Origin: Mustelus asterias
Taxonomy: Eukaryota
Length of the DNA: 64,000 nt
Assembly (NCBI RefSeq): GCF_964213995.1
Contig: NC_135832.1
Location: forward strand, 7,068,001 to 7,132,000
Direction of reading: 5' to 3'
A program made the translations under genes and the position numbers. Of the stretch, positions 1-11,969 are shown in pieces; position 1 is the first letter of the stretch, and each line of letters opens with the position of its first letter. The notes under the pieces are model-generated. The model worked only from the letters and a program-made list of their open reading frames with translations, did no database searches and was not told the DNA's origin.

Positions 1-1167
1 GAAAAGGCTGAACAGAAAAAGCATGCTGCTGTGATGGCTATTAACCCCGTGTTGCCGGCACTGACCGACTTCTCCCGTGAAGCCCCATACGAGGAATGTC
101 CCGATTGGGAGTGCTTTTTAGACGAGACAAGTCCTCGGTGCCCAACAGGGGGGAGTCCCCCGGTAACCACCGATCCCCCAAACGCCAAAGCAGCACCTCT
201 TAAGATCGAATGTATCCCAGGGGGACAAGGGAGAGACGGGCGAGGAAGGCAGGCCCAAATTAAAATGACTTATGTGTCACTCTCGCCAGGGGACACTATG
301 AAATTACTAGAAAAGCTCCCAACCCTGCAGCCCAGGCACAGTAACGCAATTTTTTGGCAAAAGATGAAAGAGATGCAACTGTGCCACAACTTACACAACC
401 GAGATATAGCAGGGTTAGTAAGAGCCAAGATGCCCGAGAATCACTGGGCTCGGCTCCGGGCAGAACACCAGAATGGGACTTGGTGTGCAGACCTAGACGG
501 GAGCCGCCGGGAGCAGGAACAGGCTCTGACAGGCTTTAAAAACGATATCATCCTGACCATGGGGGAGGTCCCCGTGAGTTGGAATGTAATAGTAGGAGTA
601 ACGCAGAAAAAGGAGGAAGGGGCTCAGGAATACGGGCGACGAAAATTCGATGCCTTTGTAGCCCACGGAGGAATGCCAGATGCAGATAGACAGAACCCGG
701 CATTCCTCCAGTTATATAGGGATGGGCTGAGCCCAGCACACCAAGCTATCCTAAAGACAGGATTGGTAAACTTTAACACCTTCGATGAATTAGAAAACTG
801 GGCTGTCACTGTAGACAACCAGCAAAGGAAAACACAGGGCGCCAGAGCAGGGATATCAGCGGTAGGAACTGAAGGAGGAAATTGCTACAGGTGCGGGGAA
901 TTAGGCCATTTCAAAAGGGAATGCCGAGCTATAATCCCGCACCCTCCTAATACATGTAATAAGTGCGGCAGAATCGGACACACCGAATCTACCTGCAAAG
1001 ACAGAAGGATCCCAAGGAGAAAGGGAGCGCCCCCGAAGAGACTGGAGAAAACCCCGGCAAGCGCCCCAGATATAAGGGAGAATGAGGTGGTTTCGGACCC
1101 AGCGCACCTCAGCCACCAGCAGCTGCTGGACATTATACAAACCTTGGCGGCACAAAAATCTGCATGA
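1..1167 (+). CDS. gag: Gag (5'-truncated by window edge): capsid-like region plus nucleocapsid
   Basis: Frame is open from base 1. Two CCHC zinc knuckles: CYRCGELGHFKREC and CNKCGRIGHTESTC. Ends at TGA 1165-1167. Confidence 0.92.
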   Translation, partial: EKAEQKKHAAVMAINPVLPALTDFSREAPYEECPDWECFLDETSPRCPTGGSPPVTTDPPNAKAAPLKIECIPGGQGRDGRGRQAQIKMTYVSLSPGDTMKLLEKLPTLQPRHSNAIFWQKMKEMQLCHNLHNRDIAGLVRAKMPENHWARLRAEHQNGTWCADLDGSRREQEQALTGFKNDIILTMGEVPVSWNVIVGVTQKKEEGAQEYGRRKFDAFVAHGGMPDADRQNPAFLQLYRDGLSPAHQAILKTGLVNFNTFDELENWAVTVDNQQRKTQGARAGISAVGTEGGNCYRCGELGHFKRECRAIIPHPPNTCNKCGRIGHTESTCKDRRIPRRKGAPPKRLEKTPASAPDIRENEVVSDPAHLSHQQLLDIIQTLAAQKSA

Positions 1168-4100
1168 GTGGCATCGGCCCCCGCCCCGGGAACGGACCCC
1201 CGTATCTGGGTGAATGCATCGTTAGGGGGCCGGCGATGCAAAATATTAATAGATACGGGGGCTTCGATATCCCTCACCAACATGGCACTACCCACCACCC
1301 ACCGTTCCATAGTAGTAGTAGGAATAGGGGGGGATAGGACTATAGCATATCAGAGCGAAGCAGTGTTACTTGAGGTAGAGGGGATCATACTCCCCGTACA
1401 CTTCTGGGTGGGCCCAAATGAAGAAGGGACAATTTTGGTAATAGACCTCCTGGGAGAGTTAGGAGCAGTGGTGGACGCTTTCAATAAGCGCCTGCTGTGG
1501 ACGGCAAGGAAAGAACACAAGAGCGGGATCCAAGGATACTGGGTCCCTAATAAGAACGTAGCAGCCATAGGCATGGGGGCTCCGGCTCCGACGGCCCGAG
1601 ACTGGAAGGAGGAGGGACTAGTGGGACTCTTATGTCAAGCACTACCCCGGGTCTGGGCTACAGGCAAGCACGACTGCGGTCTCGTCACAATCCTTCCTTT
1701 ACAAATACAAGGACCAGCCCATGCCCCTCATAAACAATATCCCATAAAACCCGAGGCGTTACAGGCAACCGAAACAATCGTCCAGGCTTTGGTTAAACGG
1801 GGCATCCTGAGACCCACCGTGTCCCACACAAATTCCCCGATGTGGCCCGTCCGTAAGCCAGACGGGAACTACCGACTAACCATCGACTATACCGCCCTGA
1901 ATAAGGTCACCCCAAAGGAACACCCTATCGTTGCGAGCCCGGCCACTATATTTAACGGACTGCGACCTGAATATTGTATCTTCTCCGTGCGAGACATAGC
2001 AAACGGATTCTGGTCAATTCCATTCCACCCAGACTCCCAGGAGAAGTTTGCCTTCACCTGTGGAGGTAGACAGTACACCTGGACCCGTCTCCCCCAGGGA
2101 TTCCACAATAGCCCCAACATATTCCACCGGGTTATGAGCAAAGCCCTCGAAAATTGTAACTTATCCCCCTATGAGAGCGCTTTTCTCCAATATGTGGATG
2201 ACATCTTGATCGCCTCCACTAACCCGACGGGGCATTTGGGAGCCCTGTCAGTAATCCTGCGGGGCTTACAAACAGCAGGATTTAAGGCTAACCCAACCAA
2301 AGCACAACTCGCAAAACCAGAGGTCCGATATCTGGGGCATTACATAAGTCAGGGAAAGAAAACCCTTCCCACGGACCGAAAAACAGCAATTGCCAACATG
2401 ACCCGTCCGAACACAGTTAGGGGGGTGCGTAGGGTAATGGGACTCTTTAATTACTGTCGGAATTTCATCGATCAGTTTGCATCCATAGCAGAACCTATCC
2501 AGCGATTGGTAAAAGGGGGGAGGCCGGGGGCAGAAATCATTGAATGGGGACCCGAACAAGAAACAGCATACTCCCACCTGAAATCAGAATTATTAGCGGC
2601 CCCAGCCGTATGCCTGCCCAACATAGCGAAACCGTTCCATCTTTTTTATAATGCGGAGGACGGATTCTATAGCTCCGTTGTGACTCAAGAAAGTGGGGGC
2701 ACCATGAGACCTGTAGCATATTATTCGGTGCGGCAGTCCCCGATAGCCAAAGGACTACACAAATGTGTGGCAGCCCTGGACTGTGCCGCATGGGCAGTCA
2801 GGGTGTGCGAACCCATTACTATGTTAGGACAGATCATCCTGCACACAAAACATACAATAGTAGCATTATTAAACACAGGTCGACTCCGAACTGTTTCAGA
2901 TGCTCGAAGGGCAACTTGGGAGGCAGTGCTCCTTCCTCAGGACCAATCTATTAAAATCGTACGAGATACCGGAAGAAACCCAGCAGAGGGGTTCCTTCCA
3001 GACGGCAGTCCACATCACTGTCCGATTAACCCAGACATGGATACAGAGGATGGGATTAGTGATCAGCCACTGGAGAACCCCGATATAATACTATACGTAG
3101 ACGGGTCCCGAAGGCAGGTGGAGGGACAGTACCGCACAGGATGGGCAGTGGTAGATCAGGAAGGAACACTAATAGCAAAGGGCACCATGGGGGGGGGGGG
3201 AGACCTCTGCTCAAGTGGCCGAGCTTATAGCATTAACAAAGGCCCTTAGCGCAGGAAGGGACAAAAGGGTAAACATATACACGGACAGTCAATATGCGTT
3301 CGGGGTGGTTCACGACTATATGATAGCATGGAATAGGCGCGGATTCATTACCGCAGCGGGGGGACACATAAAACATGAAAATATAATTCGAGACCTGGCC
3401 ACAGCATCCAGACTACCCTCAGAAGCAGCCGTAATTAAAATAAAAGCCCATCAAAAGACAAGGACTGTAGAGCAGAAGGGGAACCAACTAGCAGATGCCG
3501 CTGCTAAAGCTGCAGCAGGGGAAGCCCTCCCACAGATAGCTGCCATCATCTCTTCCCCCATGGAAGAGATGGATGTTCATAAACTACAGGGTAGCGCTGA
3601 CCCAGACGAGGTGGCGCGGTGGAAACAGACCGGGGCGTCCTTAGACGAAGATGGTATATGGAGGAAAGGACATCAAGTAGTCGCCCCCTCATTCATACAG
3701 GCGGAACTACTTCGACTCCACCACGAACCAAACCACTCCGGACGGGATGGGACCCTAGCTCGTTTATCAGGAGATTGGTGGTGGCCAGGGATGGGGCGGG
3801 ATGTAGCTAAGCACTGCCAAAGATGCATCATATGCGCACAGCATAACCCTGGCCGGCCCCTGAAGGTTAAACTAGCAAACCAACCCAGACCAAAGGGACC
3901 TTGGGAAAACCTCCAAATTGACTTCATCGGCCCTCTACCCACCAGTCGTGGGAAGAAGTACTGCCTGGTCCTCATTGACCAGTTCACCCGATGGGTAGAA
4001 GCCTTCCCAACCCGGGATTGCGGGGCAACCACTGTAGCCCACATCTTAGCATATGAGATAATACCCAGATGGGGAGTCCCGTTACAACTGGACTCCGACC

Positions 4101-4786
4101 AGGGGACACACTTCACAGGCAAGGTAATGAAACACGCATGTAAAACCTTAGGGATCCGACAGCGGTTCCATATTCCATACCACCCCCAGAGTGCTGGAAT
4201 GGTAGAGAGAATGAATCGCACCCTCAAGAACACGATAGCAAAAACTATCGCAGAAACAGGTCAGGGGTGGGTAGATGTCCTTCCCTGTATCCTGATGCGC
4301 CTACGGGCCACCCCAGGTCGAACCATAGGGCTCACCCCGTTCGAACTAATGACCGGGAGAGCAATGCGACTCCCCGAAAACATCGCCGTGGGAGGGGAAG
4401 AAATGACACCCCTCCGGGACAAGCTCAAACGATATGTGCAACACTTAGATTCACAACTCCGAGACCTGCACCACACAGCCAGGGACCAGCAAGCCATTAG
4501 AGACCAGGCTAAAAAGGAAAATGTCAGTCATACCCCCACCCTCCCTCGAGTAGGGGATAGGGTTTTGATTCGGATTGCCCCAGACCGACCCGGGTTTGCA
4601 CCGAAATGGATGGGACCCCACGAGGTTATCCTTACCAGCGATACATGTGCGTGTGTCGATGTGAAAGGAAAAGGCCGATGGAAACATTGGTCGCAATTAA
4701 AATCCTATCACCACGGGGAAAGAGGACAGAGCAGACTGACTGAAAGGACAGAGGATGCTCCGTCCACTCCACGTATTGGCCCTTAA
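1168..4786 (+). CDS. pol: Pro-Pol polyprotein (aspartic protease, RT, connection, RNase H, integrase), +1 frameshift at G12 run 3189-3200
   Basis: Protease LIDTGAS; RT LPQGFHNSP and YVDD; RNase H YVDGS...SAQVAELIAL...YTDSQY; integrase HHCC (H..H..CQRCIIC), D,D(35)E (QIDF, DSDQG, VERMN) and GPY/F-like PKWMGPH. In frame with gag across the TGA. Confidence 0.93.
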
Positions 4787-4804
4787 CCATCTTTGTCCTT
4801 ACAG
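4781..4804 (+). promoter_or_regulatory. Candidate env splice acceptor
   Basis: CCTTAAC branch-like motif, pyrimidine tract and ACAG right at the pol stop, upstream of env. Confidence 0.5.
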
Positions 4805-4927
4805 CGGAAATCGAAATAACAACCTTTATTTTCCAACACTAAAGGAACTATATGCCAACCGAGGCATGAATGTATATATGTAGATAGAAATAAGAATAAG
4901 ATAAGTAAGACAAGTTCATCACCTAAT

Positions 4928-7096
4928 ATGAACCTAACGACTGGCGGCCACCAGGTTTTATATATCCTCCCCCAACCCCTCTCCAGAACCATGTGGACCA
5001 CTTGGAGAATGATCCTCGCGGCGACCTTCCTGACGAGTGTGGCACCCGAAGAACACCCCATCTACCCGCGATTCCACGGGGTAGCCTTCAACACATCCGA
5101 GGCACTATGTGTGCCAGCTGGACCGGACCCTATGAACAGTAGAACTTATCTTAACGCATGGCTACAAGTTTACCCGGGTATCAACGAGATCTGCTTCACT
5201 TGCACTTTAGAAGGACTCCGAACATGCATTCAACAGCGGGACCTCCAGAACAGAGACCAGTGCGTTTTTGGGACTCTCTGCGCCCTCCCCGACAACCCAC
5301 AAGAGGCCCGACCACAGGACACTTTGAATTCAAACATGGACATTTGCGGCTATTACGGACTTGTTGAGGCTCCCGCAGTCTCATTGTATGTATGTTTTGC
5401 ACCGCTTCCAACGCGGGCCCCCACGACCACAAGGCCCGAAATCTTACCCTGTCCCTTGCAAAGCAGGGGACCGGAGGGAGGACTGGTGTTGTGGAACGAG
5501 GGGGAAATTGTGTACGACAACGTAAAACATGAGGTGGTACCTGTCCTGATCGACATTTCAGGAATCCAGGTACCCAGGCATTGCTCAGAACAGGTACAGA
5601 ACTTGTATCAGATGTTAGAGAGAGAGACCATAAAACGGGCCATTGACGCAATGGGGGCCACACACTACAGGGGAAACATAAACACCAACACATACCGAAG
5701 CAAACGGGGTATTATCAATGATATGCTCACAGGGCTGAATACAGGAGACACAATGATTAACTCCATTGACATCCAGGGCCTCAACAGTAAAATTGAACAG
5801 CTGAAAGGGGTAATGAAAAACATATTACAGCGGTCATTAGACCAGCAGGCGGAACAAGCATTCTTAGGGGAAGCGGGCGCCCATATCCAACTAGATGGGA
5901 TTGCAGTGTTAGAAGCACATGCCCGAACTATCAATCGCCTCATAGACAGGGAAAGGGAAGACACTGCCCGGGTACAACAGGGACAGTTATGCCATGCATA
6001 TGGTCAGTGGATGGTGGCACAAATACGACACAATTTGGACCAGGTACACAGGGGGGAAGTGCCCGATTGGATCGACAGCGCCCAACTAGCGCAACTCGCA
6101 GATCAGAAGGGGGTGCTGGATGACCGGACCCTGAAGGGGATGACACGAGTATATCCAGTAATCCCCGACTGCGAGGTTAGTGAGGGCACCGGGATAGGAA
6201 TGGTTCTGCTAATTCCAACGGTCACACAGGACGCTGGACCATTCCCCATCTTCCGAATTGAAAATATTGGTGTTGTTAGGGGCAATGCTTCCCTCCGCTA
6301 CCACATAACCGAAAACATGGCCATCTCCAAACATGGCATAATGTCCAGTGTTTCTCTCGCAGGGTGCAAGCAGAGGGGAGAGGTCACCATCTGTCCTCAC
6401 CCACTGAGACAAGGAGAGGCAGCAGAATGTGGGTTTAACCGAACACAGGACTGCACCTTAGAGATTATACCCGTAGACCCACATTTCGCCCGGGCAGGAT
6501 ACGGGGGGCGGGGTAGATACTGTGTAGCCACCACACGTACATCATTCACATATAACGGATTAACATGCCCAATCCCCGACCCTAACTTCTGTTTTACCCC
6601 TCGCAAGCCAGTCACTATAGGTCAAGCTCACATCACCAATATCCGAAATAGGCAGACCATAGCCTTTAATGCCACAGACCCCCTAAAAGACAACCTAAGA
6701 GACTACCAAGAACCCGAGCAAGCCCCCATCCCACACCTGACCGAAGTCCTAAGGGAGCTCCGACTTAAAGTAGGACACTCCGTCCGATTATACCACCGGT
6801 TACAGTCACACATCAAAACCTTGGAACAAGATACCGAGACGGCGTTACGAAGTCAAACATGGGTGCAGAAGGTGTGGGACTGGGGTCTAAATGTAAACAT
6901 CCACCCCTGGGTCCGAATTACATCGCACACACTGGTGGTCATCCAACTCATCTTAGCCCTTTCCTGGGGATTGGCTACATGTTATACCTACCGCCAGCGG
7001 AAGAGAATGAAAGCACATAAGAACTTAGTTAGAACAATTGGTATGATGGGGCAGGTAGCCAAGCGGGATGATTACTCCCGCCTACACATGATTTGA
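4928..7096 (+). CDS. env: Envelope glycoprotein, class I fusion protein resembling Mononegavirales F
   Basis: Signal peptide MWTTWRMILAATFLTSVA (Met 4991). Furin site RSKR at 5696-5707, followed by a heptad region, Cys-rich block CKQRGEVTICP..EC..DC..YC..CP..FC, second heptad, TM anchor (TLVVIQLILALSWGLATCY) and short basic tail. Confidence 0.88.
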   Translation: MNLTTGGHQVLYILPQPLSRTMWTTWRMILAATFLTSVAPEEHPIYPRFHGVAFNTSEALCVPAGPDPMNSRTYLNAWLQVYPGINEICFTCTLEGLRTCIQQRDLQNRDQCVFGTLCALPDNPQEARPQDTLNSNMDICGYYGLVEAPAVSLYVCFAPLPTRAPTTTRPEILPCPLQSRGPEGGLVLWNEGEIVYDNVKHEVVPVLIDISGIQVPRHCSEQVQNLYQMLERETIKRAIDAMGATHYRGNINTNTYRSKRGIINDMLTGLNTGDTMINSIDIQGLNSKIEQLKGVMKNILQRSLDQQAEQAFLGEAGAHIQLDGIAVLEAHARTINRLIDREREDTARVQQGQLCHAYGQWMVAQIRHNLDQVHRGEVPDWIDSAQLAQLADQKGVLDDRTLKGMTRVYPVIPDCEVSEGTGIGMVLLIPTVTQDAGPFPIFRIENIGVVRGNASLRYHITENMAISKHGIMSSVSLAGCKQRGEVTICPHPLRQGEAAECGFNRTQDCTLEIIPVDPHFARAGYGGRGRYCVATTRTSFTYNGLTCPIPDPNFCFTPRKPVTIGQAHITNIRNRQTIAFNATDPLKDNLRDYQEPEQAPIPHLTEVLRELRLKVGHSVRLYHRLQSHIKTLEQDTETALRSQTWVQKVWDWGLNVNIHPWVRITSHTLVVIQLILALSWGLATCYTYRQRKRMKAHKNLVRTIGMMGQVAKRDDYSRLHMI

Positions 7097-7245
7097 CAAA
7101 CTCCGGGACTCCCCTAAACTGTACGACTGCAGCGTACGGAGGCAGGAAGCACCGGACACAAAATATAATAAAGGGGAGAAAGATCGGTTAGAAAAGTGAA
7201 AAGGAATTAAACAACAAAAATTCACTTTTGACCGACAGGGGGGAC

Positions 7246-7852
7246 TGTAGGCGGGCATAAATTTTGTGGGTATTAGGATTAGAATATTTCTTAAACTATA
7301 ACTCGATAAATGAAGCAAAACAGGACAGCATTCAGCCAGAAAGGTGTGAGTAAGGCAAGCAGACATCTTTTAAACACAGAAACCAGGTTGACAAAGACTC
7401 AGGAACTCGCATCAATATGCTATTCAGAAAATATCTTGAGACCTGGAAAACTTCCTGACATCCCATCAAACACCCATTGTCCAAAGGAATTCAGAGACAT
7501 AAAGCAATTATCACACTCTTAAACCAAACTTTACATATTAAAACTCTAGACCAGAAAACCCATTAACGGGATAACTATAAAAGAAAACCATTTACACATC
7601 AAACTCCACACCCACAAACCTATTGAAACAGGATGATTATATCAGGAAACCACTCACAAACCATTTACATATCAAAACAGATCGTTACTATAACTGTACT
7701 CCGTTTTGGCAGGCAAGCAGAGTACTTTACGGGACTGTCTTGTCTGTGTCCTGATTGTACCTCCGTCGACGTAAAACACTATAATAAACTGTGCTGCTAT
7801 CGATCTTGGCTCTGGGTGCGAGTGGTGTGGTATCTGTTCACTCGCGCTAACA
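7246..7852 (+). repeat. 3' LTR of the provirus
   Basis: Preceded by purine tract ACAGGGGGGAC. Starts TGTAGGCG, ends CGCTAACA (imperfect inverted ends). TATAA ~7689, AATAAA 7783-7788, repeated AAACCATTTACAyATCAAA motifs in U3. Confidence 0.8.
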
Positions 7853-7889
7853 CCATGCATTTCATTCAATGCAACATTAATGATGATGA

Positions 7890-8560
7890 ATCAAGTGCAT
7901 GTGTACAGAAGGAGACTATTCAGCCTGTTAACCCTGTTCCACCATTCACTAAGAATGACAAAATAACAGGTCAATGGCTCTAGTTTCCAGCTACAATACA
8001 TATCCACTTACAACCTTGGCTAATCAATGACTATCAATCTCAGATATAGATATGACAATCGATCCAGCTTTTGTTGGCACTAGTGGAATGGAGTTCCAAG
8101 CCTTTGCAGTGCATTGTCTGCAGAAGGATTTCCTAAGTCGGCCCTGAAATGTTCATCTCTATTTTTTAGACAATGCCCCTAGCTCTAGACATCCAAGTTA
8201 TCCCAAACTATCTTCTGTTTCCCTGAATATCTTGAAATCTTTGATTCTATGGATTCTATGGATTCTCCTCGATTCAAGCAAATGCAACCCCAGTTTATGT
8301 ATTCTCGCCTCACAATGCAACCATTGCTGCCCAGTTATCACCCAGTTAATCTGTTACGCTCCATCCAAGGCCAGCATATTCTTCCTGACATGTGATGACC
8401 AGAACGGAGCACAGTGTAGCAAGTGTTCTGTAATGAGATCACATGATTTTTGAACTTCTGCATTTTGCTGATTGGATAAAAAAGTCCAGCATGCGTTTGG
8501 CACAATTAATGTTGCTTTTGCACTTTCCCGGACCATCCTAATAATATATGTCCATTTTGT
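7890..8560 (-). mobile_element. Old degenerate CR1-type LINE 3' fragment
   Basis: Decayed match to the CR1 RT C-terminus (HCAPFWSSH..KN) and 3' UTR seen in younger copies. Confidence 0.6.
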
Positions 8561-8989
8561 GTGAGAAAAAGACAACTACGTACAGGGAAAACAAATAGAA
8601 AACTTAAAGTTCTCACCGTTGCCTTCACATAGACCTGTAATAAATAAATTAAAAAATCGATCACATTAGTTGCTTATCAATACAGCTTTCACATCACACA
8701 AACATGCTGCTACGATAGACGCCATTTCACGGAGATAATTGGTTAAAAAAGATTGACAGCGCAGAAAATAGTGAACGCGATCACGATTCATCTCTCGGGG
8801 AAATCAACATAAAGAGGAAGAAACCTTGCTAGATGCAGTTTAAGGACAAAATTGTAAGGATACTGACGGGAAGAATTAAGAATCGTAATGTAATGTAATG
8901 CTTGATGGCGCAGTTTTGAAGGGGTTAGAAAGAATTGGTGTGCACACAGTTAGCATGATTGGTGCTGGGTCCACTGTTATTTGTCGTAA

Positions 8990-9875
8990 TGTTAATGATT
9001 CCGATGAGAATATAGGAGACGTGGTTCGTAAGTTTGCAGCTGACACCAAGATTCGTGGCATAGTGGACAGTGAAGAAGGTTATCTCGGATTGCAACGGGA
9101 TCTTGATCAATTGGGCCGGCGGGCTGACGAATGGCAGATGGAGTGTAATTTAGATAAATGCAACGTGATGCATTTTGGCAGATTGAACCAGGGTATGACT
9201 TACTCAGTAAATTGTAGGGTTTGGGAAGAGTTACAGAGCAAAGAGATCTCGGGGTACAGGTGAAGAGCTCCTTGAAAATGGACAGAGTGGTGAAAAAGGC
9301 ATTCAGTTTCATTTATCAGAACATTGAATACAGGAGTTGGGACGTCTTGTTGAAGCTTTACAATACATTGATAAGGCTACACTTGGAATACTGTGCACAG
9401 TTCTGGTGACCCTATTATAGAAAGGATATTATTAAACTAGAAAGAGTGCAGAAGAGATTTGCAAGGATGCTACGGGGACTTAATGGTTTGAGTTATAAGG
9501 AGAGGCTGGAGAGACTGAGACTTTTTTCTCTGGAGTGTAGAAGGGTGACCTTATAGAAGTCTATAAAATAATGAGGGGCATTGATCAGCTAGATAGTCAA
9601 CATACCTCCCCAAAGGTAGGGGAATCTAAAACTAGAGGGCAGAGGTCGAAGGTGAGAGTCAGAGATACAAAAGTTGTCCAGAGGGGCATTTGTTTTCTCA
9701 CAGAGTGTCTGGAACAAGCTGCCAGAGGTAGCGTTTAGACAGTTACATGGGTAAAATGGGTATACAGAGATATGGGCCAAATGTGGGCAACTGGGACTAG
9801 CTTACGGGTTTAAAATAGGCAAATGGACAAGTTGGGCCGAAGGGCCTGTTTCCATGCTGTAAAACTCTATGACTG
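8990..9875 (+). mobile_element. Degenerate CR1/HER1 LINE 3' fragment
   Basis: KFAADTKIRGIVDSEEG and HLEYCAQFW with frameshifts, plus GGGCCGAAGGGCCTGT tail. Confidence 0.85.
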
Positions 9876-11360
9876 TGAAAGCAAAACATTTAATCCTGAT
9901 TGGAAACAGAGCAAGGTGCGATAGGGGGTGAGGGTGGAGGTGAGTGTTGGGGGTGAGGGTGGGATGTGGTTGGAGGCGGAGGGCATGGGGGGGGGGGGTT
10001 TGCAGTGAATGGTTAGGAATTGGTGTGTGTAGTCCCTGGGAGGGCTGCATTATATGATTCAATATTAGCTTCCAAATGACAATTGTATAAATAATTCCAA
10101 GAGGAAGGATTTGCAGGAATAGTGGTGAGGATTTGGAGAGTTGCACTGTGCATTTGAAAGATTTGGCGTAGACACAATGTGCTGCACTATTTGAGAAAAT
10201 TATGGAGTTATATTATGTCTCCAAATTCGGCATTTTGTTTTGTAACTTCCATGGGTATCGACTATCAATGCATGATCTAACAGATTAAAAAGGAACACAT
10301 GAGTGAATGACTTGATCGAGTTGATTGAAGGACGTCTTCAACATGAGTGTCAACAGTCCATAATAATAGGACTTAATTTGAAAATTGGAGGCAGGCTGTT
10401 GTGGGCACATATTTTGAAGCACATTACTAACGCTGCTTTATGAAAGCCTTGTTTTCCAAAGTACTGTTGGGTCTGGGGGTGAATTGAAATGTCAGGTCTC
10501 TGGGATGGACAAGTCTGACTGGCCGGTCGGGAACAGGAAAATCAGTGATCGCTATGGAACCAAGGCGAGGGAGGACGCCTCATCCTTATATTAAATGGTC
10601 GGAGAGGTGAGAGGAGTTGAAGGCCAACTCAAGTTCTTATCTCATTTATGAAGCACCAAACTGTAAATTCCTCTTTCCCTGCACTTCCTTATCCTCAATA
10701 ACTACTTCTCCGTCTCTTATTATCAGATCATGTTTTATAGATTGGCTTTCTATTTCCCCTGATGTGAACAGGCATTGTATTCTCATTTACTTGTTTTGCC
10801 ACCCGCTCTCCTTCTCAAAATCCTGCCTCGGGTAATGAAACCAATGCTGCATTCAGTCCTCAGCAAGGTAATATATACTGATAGTATCTCTTTGTAACAT
10901 TTCCTAATTCTTTGCTGCATCTGGAGGTGAGTGATGTACAAGGGTAACGAGCTCCCGCTGGATACCAACTGAACAAATTCTACAATGTTGACACCATTCT
11001 GATACAAATTCTGGCCGGTCGGGAGTCCAAACAAGCGACAGCATCTCATCTTCACCCTTCTGGACCCGCATGGCACCAATGCGCAGCTGAAATCCTGAAT
11101 GAATGAGCACTGTTGCAGAAGGGTGTGACTAATGAATAGAACAAATCCATCCCTTTCTCTGTGTGCTGTTCAGCAGAAGTTTGATTCTGGCCCACTTTCC
11201 CAGGCACCTGATCTTATACGATACAACAGTACTTTGCGCCCGATTTGAAACTCTCCACTGGTGCCCCTTTGAGGCAGGAATGTGGTTACTGTAATGTAAG
11301 TACATATCAGCTTGTTCATCTCCTCCTCCTTACAACCTCATGCCCTTGGAATTTACTTAC

Positions 11361-11388
11361 AATTTCAGTAAAAAAATGCAGTTAAATT
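11361..11388 (-). CDS. Possible connecting-peptide mini-exon (EFNC...)
   Basis: tctttcag acceptor and gtaagt donor flank 28 nt encoding a Cys just downstream of the C exon. Phase is uncertain because of a T7 run. Confidence 0.35.
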
Positions 11389-11969
11389 CTGAAAGACTGT
11401 TTGATTCTGTCTCCATGACAGTCTGAGGTTCATTCTTCCCAATACATTCACCACTTACACAGGAAAAATGAAGTGTAGTTATTTCGATGGACTGAAATAC
11501 CTACTTTCTGCTCTTATGGCTTATGGGCTCATAGTCCCGGGGTGTGGCATTCACTTTGATAATTGAGCAATACACATTCGTGCACCCACCTCCTGCCAGT
11601 AGTATCATTATCTCACAGTTTGCCATGTCAAGTCTGCTTAAGAGTTGGAAGACATTTCTCTCAGCCTTCTTTCTACAAGTAGACCAAAGACATCTCATCC
11701 TGTTTGCTGTTCCTAACTGAGAAGTCTCTGATCCTTGAACAATTTTGGTAAATATTTACCTCTTTAGTAGCTTCGCATATGTCTGAATTGCTGCACAATA
11801 TTCCAGTTGAGGCCGCACAAGTGGTTTTTGTCTCCCCCACACCCCGCCCCCCACAACCCCCCCCCCCCCCGCCCCGCCCCCCTCCACACACACATACACA
11901 CACACTTTTTTCAGGTCGGGTAAACTAAAAGACCGATCAGGGCTGATTCCAGAATGTGAAGACACCCAC

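Larger units (their letters stand above)
1..7852 (+). mobile_element. Endogenous retrovirus, lokiretrovirus-like provirus (5' LTR and gag start lie outside the window)
   Basis: Order is gag-pro-RT-RNaseH-IN-env-PPT-LTR. ORFs are open except for the gag/pol stop and one homopolymer frameshift. Confidence 0.93.

Noticed and set aside
3673-4233. Antisense ORFs over ERV pol/env and over CR1 elements
   Set aside because: Shadow frames of real coding sequence, with no independent motifs.
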